Source: a virus
Reading direction: 5' to 3' (one strand)
Length of the DNA stretch: 54,137 bases
IMG/VR virus record: IMGVR_UViG_3300021400_000023
Position 1 is the stretch's first letter. Each line of letters starts with the position of its first letter. Positions 1 through 8,309 of the stretch are shown here, in pieces. The position numbers and the translations under genes are program-made. The notes beneath the pieces are model-generated. The model was not told the DNA's origin. It did not search any database and worked only from the letters and a program-made list of their open reading frames with translations.

Positions 1-107
1 CCTCGCGGGCATTGTCCAAATCCTGCGCGGTGATCCCGTTGTGCTCAATGATCTTGCGCACCTGTTCGCGCACTTCCATCTTCCGGCGAAATTTCTCCTG
101 GTTCGCC
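1..107. repeat. Terminal direct repeat copy 1 (identical to 54031-54137); circular-assembly overlap
   Basis: The first 107 nt (cctcgcgggcattgtcc...ctcctggttcgcc) recur exactly as the last 107 nt. The repeat lies inside an ORF. Confidence 0.9.
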
Positions 108-274
108 TCCATCATGCCCGTAAAGCCAGCGCGTCTTTCTTGAATATCCTTCAATTCCCGCTCGATGCGTTTCAGCTCGTCCTTGCTCATTTCCACCTGG
201 GGCTGCAAGGTTTTCAGTTGCTCGCTCGCGGCGTGTGCCCGCATCTGTCTGCGGCGTTCTGCTCTGTTTGCCAT
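1..274 (-). CDS. Hypothetical protein, 5' part of a junction-spanning gene (continues 54030 to 53780; about 174 aa in total)
   Basis: ATG at 274-272 is preceded by GGAGGCCAACACCACAC. Hand translation MANRAERRRQMRAHAASEQLKTLQ... runs in frame into MEVREQVRKIIEH of the 53780..54109 ORF. Confidence 0.6.
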   Translation of the reverse strand, partial: MANRAERRRQMRAHAASEQLKTLQPQVEMSKDELKRIERELKDIQERRAGFTGMMEANQEKFRRKMEVREQVRKIIEHNGITAQDLDNARE

Positions 275-293
275 GTGTGGTGTTGGCCTCCTC

Positions 294-1067
294 TCACTTC
301 CACGGAAATTCCTGCCGGAAATCGTCGCCCATCAGCGCCCGCAGGCTCTCTTTCATGAATATGGGCTTCTTGTACTTGTCGCACTCCTCGGCCAGCTCCA
401 TGATCCAGCCCTTTTCCGGGATAACCTTGTCCTTTCTGTTGCCTGTTTCCGCGCCCACGATTACCCAATCCGTCAGGGCTACGCTTCCGTGTGCGCTGCT
501 TTTGCCAAACCGTTCAAGGATCGGCTCAATGGACAGGAAGGTGTGATAATACCGTCCCTCCTGTGACGGTCTGCTCCAAAATGCCGGATCATCGGCCCTC
601 GGTGTCGATGTGCCGTACCAGAAATTGTCCTCGACAACCAGTATGTTTTTCAGCGCGGCGCGCGGGTATCTCTTTGGGTTTTTGGTCAGGAACAGGTAGC
701 GGTGCTGCGGAGCCGCAAGGCAGGCCGTGAGTATCTGGTCGATCCATTCATCCGGCACCCAGTCGCCGAACATATCCGCCATGCTGCACACGAAAATGGT
801 CTGCGGCTTTTTCCAGTCTTGCGGGATTTTCAGCCTGTACTTGTGATACGTCGGGTCGAACCTGTACGGATAGGGGTTTATCGTCCCGTCCTCCCGCCGG
901 ATCGGCGCGTCCAGAATGTATAGGTGGTCGTGCCCGGTGATGATCTTCCCGCCAAACCTCCGCGCCATGCCCGCCGCGTAGCAGTAGGGGCACCCGTGCA
1001 GGCAGCCGGTGATCGGATTCCAGGAGCTATCGCACCAGTCAATTTTTGTTTTTCTGCCCATGCTCAA
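294..1067 (-). CDS. Phage Gp37/Gp68 (DUF5131)-like protein
   Basis: The opening KTKIDWCDSSWNPITGCLHGCPYCYA matches the remembered conserved opening of this family. Confidence 0.7.
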   Translation of the reverse strand: MSMGRKTKIDWCDSSWNPITGCLHGCPYCYAAGMARRFGGKIITGHDHLYILDAPIRREDGTINPYPYRFDPTYHKYRLKIPQDWKKPQTIFVCSMADMFGDWVPDEWIDQILTACLAAPQHRYLFLTKNPKRYPRAALKNILVVEDNFWYGTSTPRADDPAFWSRPSQEGRYYHTFLSIEPILERFGKSSAHGSVALTDWVIVGAETGNRKDKVIPEKGWIMELAEECDKYKKPIFMKESLRALMGDDFRQEFPWK

Positions 1068-1561
1068 TCCCTCACATTGCGGATCGTCACTTTGATGTGC
1101 CGACCTAAAAAGTCAAGTCCGCGCCGTGTCAAGTAATAATACGGCATTTTCCCGGATGCTTCCGGCTCCAGCTTTTCCGCAAGCCCTAACGTCCCGCTGA
1201 AATAGTCCAGATACTTGTTGAAGCCCGCCCAATAGTTGCGATACGGCTTGTAAAACAATTTTCCGTGACGCCTGTACGGCTTATGCTTGAACATGTCCAA
1301 ACCGATCATGTGGCGCATGTCGTCCAAGGCTTTTTCCAGTTTCCAGCCTTTGTTATCAAAATCCATCTGGATTCCCATATCGTCGCCCATGTCGCCCAGG
1401 TAATCCGAATATTCTTCGTCCATTTTTTCAAGCTGCCGACGGGTGAGAGTGCATCCATCTTCTCCGTCTTTCCACGTCGTTTCTTTCCCTGTCCCTGGGC
1501 AATCCGGGTAATCTCCTGCTTCGCTCCGTGGAGGATTCCACGGACACTTGCTGCATTTCAT
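1064..1561 (-). CDS. Hypothetical protein
   Basis: 165-aa ORF. ATG is preceded by AAGGAGGCCAACACC. Its stop overlaps the next gene start. Confidence 0.6.
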   Translation of the reverse strand: MKCSKCPWNPPRSEAGDYPDCPGTGKETTWKDGEDGCTLTRRQLEKMDEEYSDYLGDMGDDMGIQMDFDNKGWKLEKALDDMRHMIGLDMFKHKPYRRHGKLFYKPYRNYWAGFNKYLDYFSGTLGLAEKLEPEASGKMPYYYLTRRGLDFLGRHIKVTIRNVRD

Positions 1562-1577
1562 GGTGTTGGCCTCCTTG

Positions 1578-1988
1578 TCAGCTTTCTTGTCTGGCGTTAT
1601 CCCGAACGTCCTGCTCCGCCGCCCGTCTGATCTCCGGCTTTAATACCTTCTCAAAGATCAACGGGCACTCAAAGCACCGTTCCTTGTCGCAATTCTCCTC
1701 GTAGTCCTCCTCCGAGCATTTTCCTTCGTGGTACAGGTCGTTGCACAGGTCGGAAAGCCACTCCCAAACTTCATCAAGGCTGTACTCGTCGCCGTCGTAC
1801 CAATCGGAGGCCAGATAGGCTTCCAGTAGCGCGTCGCAATGGATGTGCTGATGGAAGGTGTTTATCTCTCCATCGTACTTCTGGCTTACAAAGACATATT
1901 CGCGGCCTTTGAGGATCGGCTTTCCGCACACGTCGCACTTGTGGTCTTTCCGCGCTTTTCGCTGCTCCGTTCTGGAAAATTCAAGCAT
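1578..1988 (-). CDS. Hypothetical Cys-rich protein
   Basis: 136-aa ORF with an upstream GGAGGCCAGCACC-ATG context and CxxC pairs. Confidence 0.6.
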   Translation of the reverse strand: MLEFSRTEQRKARKDHKCDVCGKPILKGREYVFVSQKYDGEINTFHQHIHCDALLEAYLASDWYDGDEYSLDEVWEWLSDLCNDLYHEGKCSEEDYEENCDKERCFECPLIFEKVLKPEIRRAAEQDVRDNARQES

Positions 1989-2006
1989 GGTGCTGGCCTC
2001 CTCTCG

Positions 2007-2405
2007 TCAGAACGGCAGTTCTTCGTCGTCCACGGGCACAAATCCATCGTCCGGCGGCGGCGCTTCCTGGTCGCCCTCGTCCTCGGCTCTGCTGCTCAAA
2101 TACTCGATCTCCTTCACCTGGCGAATCTCCATGCTCACCCTCGGCTGGCCGTCGTTGCCCATGTAGGGGCGGCCCTCCACGGGGCCGGTCACGGCCACCT
2201 TGCGGCCCTTCGTCAGGTATTTCATGGCGTTGTCTGCTGCCCGCTCCCAAAGCGTCACCCGGAAATACTCGGCCACCTTCTTGCCTTTCACATAGCGGTT
2301 TGTCGCCACGGTGAAGTCGCAGACGGTGGATGTGCCGTTGGCTGTGTTCACCACCCGGCTTTTCGGGTTTGCCGTCAGGTTCCCGATGATGTGTAATGTG
2401 TTCAT
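2007..2405 (-). CDS. ssb: Single-stranded DNA-binding protein
   Basis: OB-fold SSB-like N-terminus (IIGNLTANP...) and an acidic C-terminal tail ending DDEELPF. Confidence 0.9.
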   Translation of the reverse strand: MNTLHIIGNLTANPKSRVVNTANGTSTVCDFTVATNRYVKGKKVAEYFRVTLWERAADNAMKYLTKGRKVAVTGPVEGRPYMGNDGQPRVSMEIRQVKEIEYLSSRAEDEGDQEAPPPDDGFVPVDDEELPF

Positions 2406-2869
2406 AGCTCGTCCTCCGTGTCCGGCAGATACATCGTCTGCCCGTCCTCAATGGCTGAAAAGCCCATTTTACCGCTGCCCAGGTTTGCCATATACGGCCC
2501 TTGCAGGATCGTATCAAGGCTCAATTCGTGCGAATCGCCGTCCCCGCGCAGCCTGTAAGCGTTTGCCGCAATGTATTCCTTGGCCTTTTGAACCTCCGGC
2601 GGGTCTGGAAACAGGCTTGTGCTACTGAACGCAGATTGATAGTACATGTCCTTGACCTTCTCCCTGATCTCCGCTACCGTTGGAAGCCACTTGCTTGTCG
2701 TCAGCAGTTGCATAAAGGCCAGCATGACAATATCCGCCGGGATGTCTTGCAGGGCAAAGGCCCAGCTTTGCACCAGCATGATCTTCTCCTGCTTCGTCAT
2801 GGTCTTAAAGGCGTAGCTGTAATTGGCCTTTGCCAATGCCAGCAGCTTGTTCGCGTCGTCTGCCGTCAC
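2402..2869 (-). CDS. Replicative helicase loader/inhibitor, SPP1 G39P-like
   Basis: The N-terminus LLALAKANYSYAFKTMTKQEKIMLVQSWAFAL...PTVAEIREKV resembles the remembered G39P pattern. It sits directly after the initiator gene. Confidence 0.5.
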   Translation of the reverse strand: MTADDANKLLALAKANYSYAFKTMTKQEKIMLVQSWAFALQDIPADIVMLAFMQLLTTSKWLPTVAEIREKVKDMYYQSAFSSTSLFPDPPEVQKAKEYIAANAYRLRGDGDSHELSLDTILQGPYMANLGSGKMGFSAIEDGQTMYLPDTEDEL

Positions 2870-2875
2870 GCCGCG

Positions 2876-3607
2876 TCACCCCCTGTCGTCCCAGGGGAGC
2901 GGTACAAGCCCCTCCGCGCCGGTGAAGTCGCTGTCCAGATCGACAAGCCCGAAGCCTCCGCGCTGTCGTTGCCGCATTTGATCGACGATGGCCGCCGCCC
3001 GCGCGCGCCCGCGCAGCGGTTCCCCTGCGTTTTCCCTTGTTTCTGCTCCTGCTTTTACCGTCCCCTGGTTTATATTTATATTAAATACATCAGGGTTAGA
3101 GGAAGAAGATAAGGGATCGCCTACACAATCGGGTGCATTTTTGCCCCTGGTAGGCGGTAGATCGGGAACAGTACCGGGTGCGGTATCGCCTACACAATCG
3201 GGTACACTATCACCTACACTATCGCCTACACTATCGGGTGCAATTCTGTCCACGTTTACCTGCGTATCAGGTACAATTTTGTACCCGATGTAACGGAGAT
3301 AAAAAATGCGGTACTCTGGATCGCTCTTGCGGCCATCACCTTTCTTAAAGTCCACCAGGCCGATTTGCTTAAACCGGTTTCTGATTGTCCGTATATTTCT
3401 TTCTTCCAAACCAGACCATGCCGCTATTTCCGAATTTGACACCGGGAAAAAGTCGTCGGGCCACTCATGGTTCGGGCTTCTCTGTGCCCATGTGTTCGCA
3501 ACATGGAACAACCCCAGCCAGAACATCCTTTCGTAGCTTGTCAGACCGTTTCTTCTGCCAAATTCCATGAACAGGTTGATTTGTTGAACGAAATTAACTT
3601 GGCTCAT
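2876..3607 (-). CDS. Putative replication initiator / replisome organiser (winged-helix N-terminus)
   Basis: 243-aa ORF placed upstream of the loader and SSB genes. Iteron repeats are embedded in its coding sequence (3116-3242). Confidence 0.55.
   Translation of the reverse strand: MSQVNFVQQINLFMEFGRRNGLTSYERMFWLGLFHVANTWAQRSPNHEWPDDFFPVSNSEIAAWSGLEERNIRTIRNRFKQIGLVDFKKGDGRKSDPEYRIFYLRYIGYKIVPDTQVNVDRIAPDSVGDSVGDSVPDCVGDTAPGTVPDLPPTRGKNAPDCVGDPLSSSSNPDVFNININQGTVKAGAETRENAGEPLRGRARAAAIVDQMRQRQRGGFGLVDLDSDFTGAEGLVPLPWDDRG
3069..3242. repeat. Putative replication origin: AT-rich tract plus 22-bp iterons
   Basis: atcgcctacacaatcgggtRca occurs at 3116-3137 and 3185-3206, with a variant at 3221-3242 and a half-unit at 3209-3220. 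The AT-rich tract tttatatttatattaaatacat lies at 3069-3090. Confidence 0.6.
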
Positions 3608-3631
3608 GGTGTTGGCTCCTTCACGCGCGGG

Positions 3632-4045
3632 TTATGTTCTCCCGGTACTTCCGAAACCGGCGTCCCCGCGTTCTCCGCCGTCGATCTCGTCCACGATTTC
3701 CACCGGCTCGTACAGCACGGGCAGGATTACAAGCTGGCTGATCTTATCGCCCTTCCTGATCGTGTAGTCGCGCCCGCCGTGGTTGTACAGTTTCACGGTG
3801 ATTTCGCCGCTGTACCCCTCGTCAATCAGGCCGGTGCTGGTGATCCCGTGCTTGACGTTCAGCCCGCTTTTGCTCACCAGGAGGCCCGCGCAGCCGTGCG
3901 GAAGCTGGACGTGGACGCCCGTCTTGAAGGTGGCGTCTCCCTTCGCTTCGATGATCCGATCCTCCAGCGCGTACAGGTCAAGCCCCGCGTCGATGTCGTG
4001 GGCGCGTGTCGGCTGGATCGCGCCTGGGTCAAGTTTGATTTTCAT
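3632..4045 (-). CDS. dut: dUTP diphosphatase (dUTPase)
   Basis: Motifs AGLDLY, GLIDEGYSGE and RGDAGFGSTG are present. Confidence 0.92.
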   Translation of the reverse strand: MKIKLDPGAIQPTRAHDIDAGLDLYALEDRIIEAKGDATFKTGVHVQLPHGCAGLLVSKSGLNVKHGITSTGLIDEGYSGEITVKLYNHGGRDYTIRKGDKISQLVILPVLYEPVEIVDEIDGGERGDAGFGSTGRT

Positions 4046-4092
4046 ACTTCCTTGCTCCTTTCAGTAGATGGAGATATACCGCGCTCACGCGG

Positions 4093-4656
4093 TTAATCCA
4101 ACGGGCGGGCAGGCGCTTCTTCACCATCCACACCCGAAGATTGTTCAGCCAGTTCAGCACGTTTTCTCGCCTCCTTCACAACGTCGCGGACGGTCAGCGC
4201 ATCGCTCCACATCCCGATCTGCTGCAAGGCGACGTTGTACTCATGCTTCGGGACTTCCCGCAGGCCGGAAACTCCATACCGGGACAGTACAGCCTTGCGG
4301 ATCGCGTTTCCCAGCTTCACCGTCGCCTTGCTGTCGTCCACGTCCCGCTTGTCCAGCAGATCGCGGGCGCGGGCGCGGATGGCGTCGTTGAGGTAGGAAA
4401 CCTGTTTCCCGGAAACCGGCGTTTGAAGCCGGATTTGCTTTTCCAGCGCTTCCAGCCGGTCATTCTGGACGGATTGCGCGGCGGAAAGCTGTTCCAGGGC
4501 CGCCGTGTTGTTTTCCAGCATCTTGCCGATGGTCTGCATGACGGGGCGCAACAGTTCTGTAATGACTTCACCGAGGGTTTCCACGGGCACCAGCGCCGTG
4601 CTGTGTTCAAGACCGCCGACCTTATCCGATTCGACGTGAATCATTTCTTTACTCAC
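4093..4656 (-). CDS. ORF6C-domain-like phage protein
   Basis: The C-terminus ...AIRKAVLSRYGVSGLREVPKHEYNVALQQIGMW resembles the remembered ORF6C signature. Confidence 0.45.
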   Translation of the reverse strand: MSKEMIHVESDKVGGLEHSTALVPVETLGEVITELLRPVMQTIGKMLENNTAALEQLSAAQSVQNDRLEALEKQIRLQTPVSGKQVSYLNDAIRARARDLLDKRDVDDSKATVKLGNAIRKAVLSRYGVSGLREVPKHEYNVALQQIGMWSDALTVRDVVKEARKRAELAEQSSGVDGEEAPARPLD

Positions 4657-5602
4657 TGTAAATCACCGTCCCGTCAATCATCGTCGTTTCCAGCGCCTTG
4701 CGGCTATCCTCCGCCCACTTTTCCACCGTTTCCAGCAATACGCTGTATTCCTGCTTCTGGTCGTAGGGCATGGATGCAAATACCATCCTCATGTGCGGCA
4801 GGCGGGCAACCGTCCCGATAAACGCCCGCACGGCGGACGCGAAAGCATCCGGCGTCAGTTGATCCGCAGGCACGCGCTCTGCGTCGCCCTTGGCAATGGC
4901 GCTCTGAACGTTCAAAAGCTCCTGCTGGGCGCGGTTGATGTCCTCCTGCTGTTCGGCCAGAAGGTCGTCCCGTTCCCGAATTTCCCGCTGCAAATCGGCG
5001 TTTTCCTTGGAAAGCCGACGCTGTTCCGCCAGGGCCTCCGTGCCCACGGCGGCCAGCCGCTCAACCTCCGTCCGTTGCTGGGCGATGGTTTCCCGGCTCT
5101 TTGCCAGCTCGTCCGTCAGTTCCGGGGGGATTTCCGGCGGCCTGCTCTCTGCTTCCTCGGCGCGGCGCTCGGCATCCATGCGGGCCTTACGCTCCCGGTC
5201 AATCTCCGCCTGCGCTTCCTCCCGCGCCTTTTTCACGGCCTCCTGCACTTCCCGCGTCGTCATGGCTGAAACGTCGTGCTCCTCCATGAACTTTTCTTCC
5301 GTCCCGGCGGGAAGGGGCAGGAGTTTGAAAGTCTTGGCCTGTCCCAGCCCTTCAAACTGCGGTTTCCCGCCGAAGCGCTTATAGGCCGCCATCATGTCCT
5401 GCGCGGTGCGCTCGCTCACGTCGGCGTTTTCCTCCACCCATTTACCAAACTGGCCGTGCGGTATGATCTCCTTCGCCTCGGTGAACACGCGGGCGAGCTG
5501 CCACATATTCATGTTGATGTTCATGCGCAGCGTGCGCGCCTGCATCGCAAGGCCGTCAAGCACGCTGATTTCCTGGGTTTCGGTGTTGGCTAATTCCGTC
5601 AT
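4649..5602 (-). CDS. DUF3102-like protein with coiled-coil region
   Basis: The start is reassigned to the ATG at 5602, which has GGAGGAAAC upstream. HGQFGKWVEENADVSERTAQDMM resembles the remembered DUF3102 motif. Confidence 0.5.
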   Translation of the reverse strand: MTELANTETQEISVLDGLAMQARTLRMNINMNMWQLARVFTEAKEIIPHGQFGKWVEENADVSERTAQDMMAAYKRFGGKPQFEGLGQAKTFKLLPLPAGTEEKFMEEHDVSAMTTREVQEAVKKAREEAQAEIDRERKARMDAERRAEEAESRPPEIPPELTDELAKSRETIAQQRTEVERLAAVGTEALAEQRRLSKENADLQREIRERDDLLAEQQEDINRAQQELLNVQSAIAKGDAERVPADQLTPDAFASAVRAFIGTVARLPHMRMVFASMPYDQKQEYSVLLETVEKWAEDSRKALETTMIDGTVIYSE

Positions 5603-5610
5603 GTTTCCTC

Positions 5611-5982
5611 CTAATCTGCGTTTGCACGCAATTCCTGGTAGTTGTCCGGCGGAGCGGGTCGCGGTGCCCACTTCCGCACGTCGCTGGGCTTTTCTACCTG
5701 ATGCCAGCCACGCACGCGCAGATCGCCGTGACTGTCAATGACGAGGATGCAGGATTGAGGGTCTGCGTCCTCCTTGGTCGGCAGCCTGTCGTGCGGGTCG
5801 ATCCACTCCGTCGGCGGCTCCTGCCAGTACACATTGAAGCGGTTTTCGCGGGCTTTGAGGGTGCTGTACACCATGGCCCCTTGAAAGACGTGCCACACGA
5901 TGATGTAGCGCGCGTCCTCCTTGTTCTCTGCAATCGGACAGGTGGATATGTCCTTCCATCCGTTATTGCCCATCCTGCCCAC
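5611..5982 (-). CDS. Hypothetical protein with DUF551-like WIxxxDRLP motif
   Basis: 123-aa ORF containing EWIDPHDRLPTKED. Confidence 0.45.
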   Translation of the reverse strand: MGRMGNNGWKDISTCPIAENKEDARYIIVWHVFQGAMVYSTLKARENRFNVYWQEPPTEWIDPHDRLPTKEDADPQSCILVIDSHGDLRVRGWHQVEKPSDVRKWAPRPAPPDNYQELRANAD

Positions 5983-6238
5983 CCTTTGCCGGGGTTTCCA
6001 GGATGATCCCGCGCTTTTTCAGCTTCTCCACCCATACAGCCTTTGTCATGTCCGTGCAATGGCTCATGGCGTCCCACCAGCTCGGAAAGCGCTTGTTCGC
6101 CTTGAAGAACTGGTTTTGATAGTACAGGCTGTCCCTGTCGTGGGGGTCGCGCTCGTCGTGCTTCGTTGCGCAGACGGGGCACGTTCCGGGCACCGGCGCT
6201 GTGATCCTGATTTCATCCATGCCGTCAGATGGACGCAT
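5963..6238 (-). CDS. Hypothetical protein
   Basis: An internal ATG at 6238 is preceded by AAGGAGGTTGCC. The longer track ORF lacks an RBS. Confidence 0.5.
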   Translation of the reverse strand: MRPSDGMDEIRITAPVPGTCPVCATKHDERDPHDRDSLYYQNQFFKANKRFPSWWDAMSHCTDMTKAVWVEKLKKRGIILETPAKGGQDGQ

Positions 6239-6576
6239 GGCAACCTCCTTTCCTGTGGTGTTGGCAAATGCCCGTCTTTCCGGGCTGTCATGGCTGCCGG
6301 ACGGCGGCTCACAGGCCGCCATTATCCGGCAAAATGGGCCGGTCTTTCCCGGCTGCCAGACAGAGAAAACGGCCTCTTGGTTGGCTGTCACAACCGCAAT
6401 TACAACGTGCCGCTTGAGGGGGATCATTCAGGACTTCTTACCCCATCCGACTGTCCCGTGACGGGCAATGATATTGCACCAGCACGTTAGGGAATCGAAC
6501 CCGCGCGTTTGCAGAATCGAACTGCGCTTCACATTGCCATAGTGCCCAGCTATGCCTCCCGGTGTCCACGGAGAAT

Positions 6577-6705
6577 TGGCGGGAATGGCCGGAATTGAAC
6601 CGGCGCCCTGCGGAATGGTTACGGGTTTTCCTCTAACAGCAATCCGCCCCGTCGGACGGGCTGCCACTTTCTTTACCACCGCTCTACCATTTGAGCTACA
6701 TTCCC
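6577..6705 (-). tRNA. tRNA-like gene with canonical acceptor, D and T arms and encoded CCA, but 129 nt long (about 53 extra nt in the anticodon region)
   Basis: Minus-strand read: GGGAATG-TA-GCTC-AAATGGTA-GAGC ...(76 nt)... GCCGG-TTCAATT-CCGGC-CATTCCC-G-CCA. Confidence 0.5.
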
Positions 6706-6786
6706 ATGTGTGCCCGTCTTTCCGGGCCGCCAGCGGTCTTTCCCGCCGCCATTATCATTGTGGAGGTCTTGCCCTGGATGTCGTCT

Positions 6787-6924
6787 TGGAGCTGCGGGGC
6801 GGAATCGAACCGCCCAGGCGTGCGTTCGGCGTGATTTTCGGTATAGTTAAGGAGGTCAATCCCAACAAAGAAGATTATCTGCAATGGTTCTTATCATCAC
6901 GCCCGCCTGCAAACCTGCCGCAGC
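6787..6924 (-). ncRNA. tRNA-like element (7-bp acceptor pairing, T arm, CCA) lacking canonical D and anticodon arms; 138 nt
   Basis: 5' GCTGCGG pairs with 3' CCGCAGC-T-CCA. The T arm is GGCGG-TTCGATT-CCGCC. Internal long-range pairings CAGGCG/CGCCTG and GGCGTGAT/ATCACGCC are visible. Confidence 0.4.
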
Positions 6925-6927
6925 GCG

Positions 6928-6990
6928 TCAGCTCGTCTTAATGATCCATGCGATAAACAGCACGATCAAAACCCACCAATACCACGCCAT
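6928..6990 (-). CDS. Possible 20-aa hydrophobic peptide (MAWYWWVLIVLFIAWIIKTS)
   Basis: GGAGG lies 7 nt upstream of the ATG at 6990. The ORF is very short and is unsupported otherwise. Confidence 0.25.
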   Translation of the reverse strand: MAWYWWVLIVLFIAWIIKTS

Positions 6991-7004
6991 AGCTCGCGCC
7001 TCCA

Positions 7005-7295
7005 TCAATCGTACACTTCCCGAAGGTTCTTCTCGCACCAGTTGAGTGCCAGGTTGTACCGAAGCGTCGCGCAGTACACCAATTCGCTGTTGGCGTCGAT
7101 CCGCACAACCTCGGCGATGCGGTGTATGTCCCCGGAAAAGCCGACAAAGATTTTATCGTCCCAGCGCGTCGTCCCGTTCCGGCGCTTCGCTGCCGTCCAG
7201 ACGCTCGCAATCGTGCCCAACTTTCCTTCCTTCACGAAAGTGGCCAATTCCCGCAGTTGATCCGGGTTTTCGATGTGAAAGCGCTTCGCAGCCAT
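7005..7295 (-). CDS. Hypothetical protein
   Basis: 96-aa ORF tightly packed after the DUF1064-like gene. Confidence 0.55.
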   Translation of the reverse strand: MAAKRFHIENPDQLRELATFVKEGKLGTIASVWTAAKRRNGTTRWDDKIFVGFSGDIHRIAEVVRIDANSELVYCATLRYNLALNWCEKNLREVYD

Positions 7296-7296
7296 G

Positions 7297-7803
7297 CTAT
7301 ACCTCCTGTATCTCGATCCCCCAGCAGGCTTTCATCTGCTTTTTCTTGTTGATGTACACCCGGTTTTGCTTCGTCGCGGGGCTTTTTGCGTCGTACACCC
7401 CTTCAATGGAGAAATCCGGCCTGATGGTCACAAAGTCCGCGACGTACACGATCCCGCCGGGAAGGTCAAATTTCACCTGGCGGCAGACGGTTTTCAGCTC
7501 TCCGGCCCGCACGCGGAGCATCAATTCCTGGTAAATGTTCGCCTCATGCTGGCTGTCAAACTTGATCCCGTCGATCTCTACCCGCTTATTGCCGTACTTC
7601 TGGCGTTTTGGCGCGTTCTTCCGTGCCATTGCGGCGGCGATGTCGCCTACGTCCGCGCTCGCCATATCGGCCACCGATACCCCGGACGCCCGCGCGGGCT
7701 GGCAGCACGTCGGCGCGGGCTGTGCCCGCCCGGAATAGTCCGGCTTCTGGACGATGCGCTGCTTGTGTCGCCGCTGAAACTCGGCGTATTCCTCCTCGGT
7801 CAT
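7297..7803 (-). CDS. DUF1064-like putative nuclease/resolvase
   Basis: KYGNKRVEIDGIKFDSQHEANIYQEL...VADFV resembles the remembered DUF1064 pattern. The start is set at the ATG at 7803, which forms an ATGA overlap with the upstream stop. Confidence 0.6.
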   Translation of the reverse strand: MTEEEYAEFQRRHKQRIVQKPDYSGRAQPAPTCCQPARASGVSVADMASADVGDIAAAMARKNAPKRQKYGNKRVEIDGIKFDSQHEANIYQELMLRVRAGELKTVCRQVKFDLPGGIVYVADFVTIRPDFSIEGVYDAKSPATKQNRVYINKKKQMKACWGIEIQEV

Positions 7804-8309
7804 GCGGAGCGCCATTTCTTCCACCAGCCTTTCAGCCTCTCCCATGCGGATTGATAGGGAGCCGGTATAACCGCTATCTCACCCGGCTTGCACAGGGAAA
7901 CGTCGGGAACGTCCACGACCTTGACGCTCGTCCTTTGCCAGCTCTTGATGGATAGGCTGCCCGTTTGGTATTCCCTGCGTACAATCGTCGTCGCGTTGTC
8001 GGAGTTGGAAACAAGCACGGATTTATCGTCCCAATACTCGGTGGCGTAGATTTTCCGGCTGTTATTTCCGAAATATGCCTTGTTCTCCTCCAGGTTGTCG
8101 TTCACGGCATCGAATTTCAGCCCATGATTGAGGCACCACATCACCGCCGCCTTTAGCTGTTCACCCTCCCGGCACGACCAGAGGATCAGTTTCGCGCCCT
8201 CGGCCTGCTGCCGGATAAGCTCATTGATAACCTGTTGGCGCGGCGCGCCGATGTCCGGCCATTTCCCGCCGCACAGGCAGCCGTCAAAATCCACGGCGAT
8301 GATCTTCAT
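7800..8309 (-). CDS. HAD-superfamily hydrolase-like protein
   Basis: N-terminal MKIIAVDFDGCL (HAD motif I) is followed by ...LILWSCREG. Confidence 0.55.
   Translation of the reverse strand: MKIIAVDFDGCLCGGKWPDIGAPRQQVINELIRQQAEGAKLILWSCREGEQLKAAVMWCLNHGLKFDAVNDNLEENKAYFGNNSRKIYATEYWDDKSVLVSNSDNATTIVRREYQTGSLSIKSWQRTSVKVVDVPDVSLCKPGEIAVIPAPYQSAWERLKGWWKKWRSA

Noticed and set aside
1-107. The terminal repeat as a genuine physical direct terminal repeat (DTR) of the virion DNA.
   Set aside because: It lies in the middle of an ORF and is not near the packaging genes. A lambda-like Nu1/gpA terminase suggests cohesive ends elsewhere. An assembly overlap of a circular or circularly permuted molecule is more parsimonious.
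6476-6570. A third tRNA, suggested by two TTCGATT T-loop-like motifs and a CATAG-CTGGGCA-CTATG D-arm-like hairpin.
   Set aside because: I could not pair any 7-bp acceptor stem. The two T-arm-like motifs are only about 27 nt apart, one has just 3 stem pairs, and no CCA is present. It is at best a decayed tRNA-like remnant and is left for covariance-model tools.
4317-6679. Alternative-frame ORFs overlapping early genes and the tRNA-like cluster (for example 4317..4610, 5694..6182, 5735..5959, 6064..6312, 6428..6679).
   Set aside because: They overlap better-supported ORFs or RNA elements, lack RBSs, and have Arg/Pro/Gly-rich compositions typical of off-frame translation in GC-rich DNA.
6787-6924. 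A miniature tmRNA, suggested by the acceptor/T-arm/CCA domain, nested P2-like helices and an internal GCA-started frame GCA GAT AAT CTT CTT TGT TGG GAT TGA.
   Set aside because: At 138 nt it is far shorter than known bacterial or phage tmRNAs. The acceptor has no G3:U70 alanine identity pair. The putative tag ADNLLCWD lacks the usual hydrophobic ...LAA-type ending.
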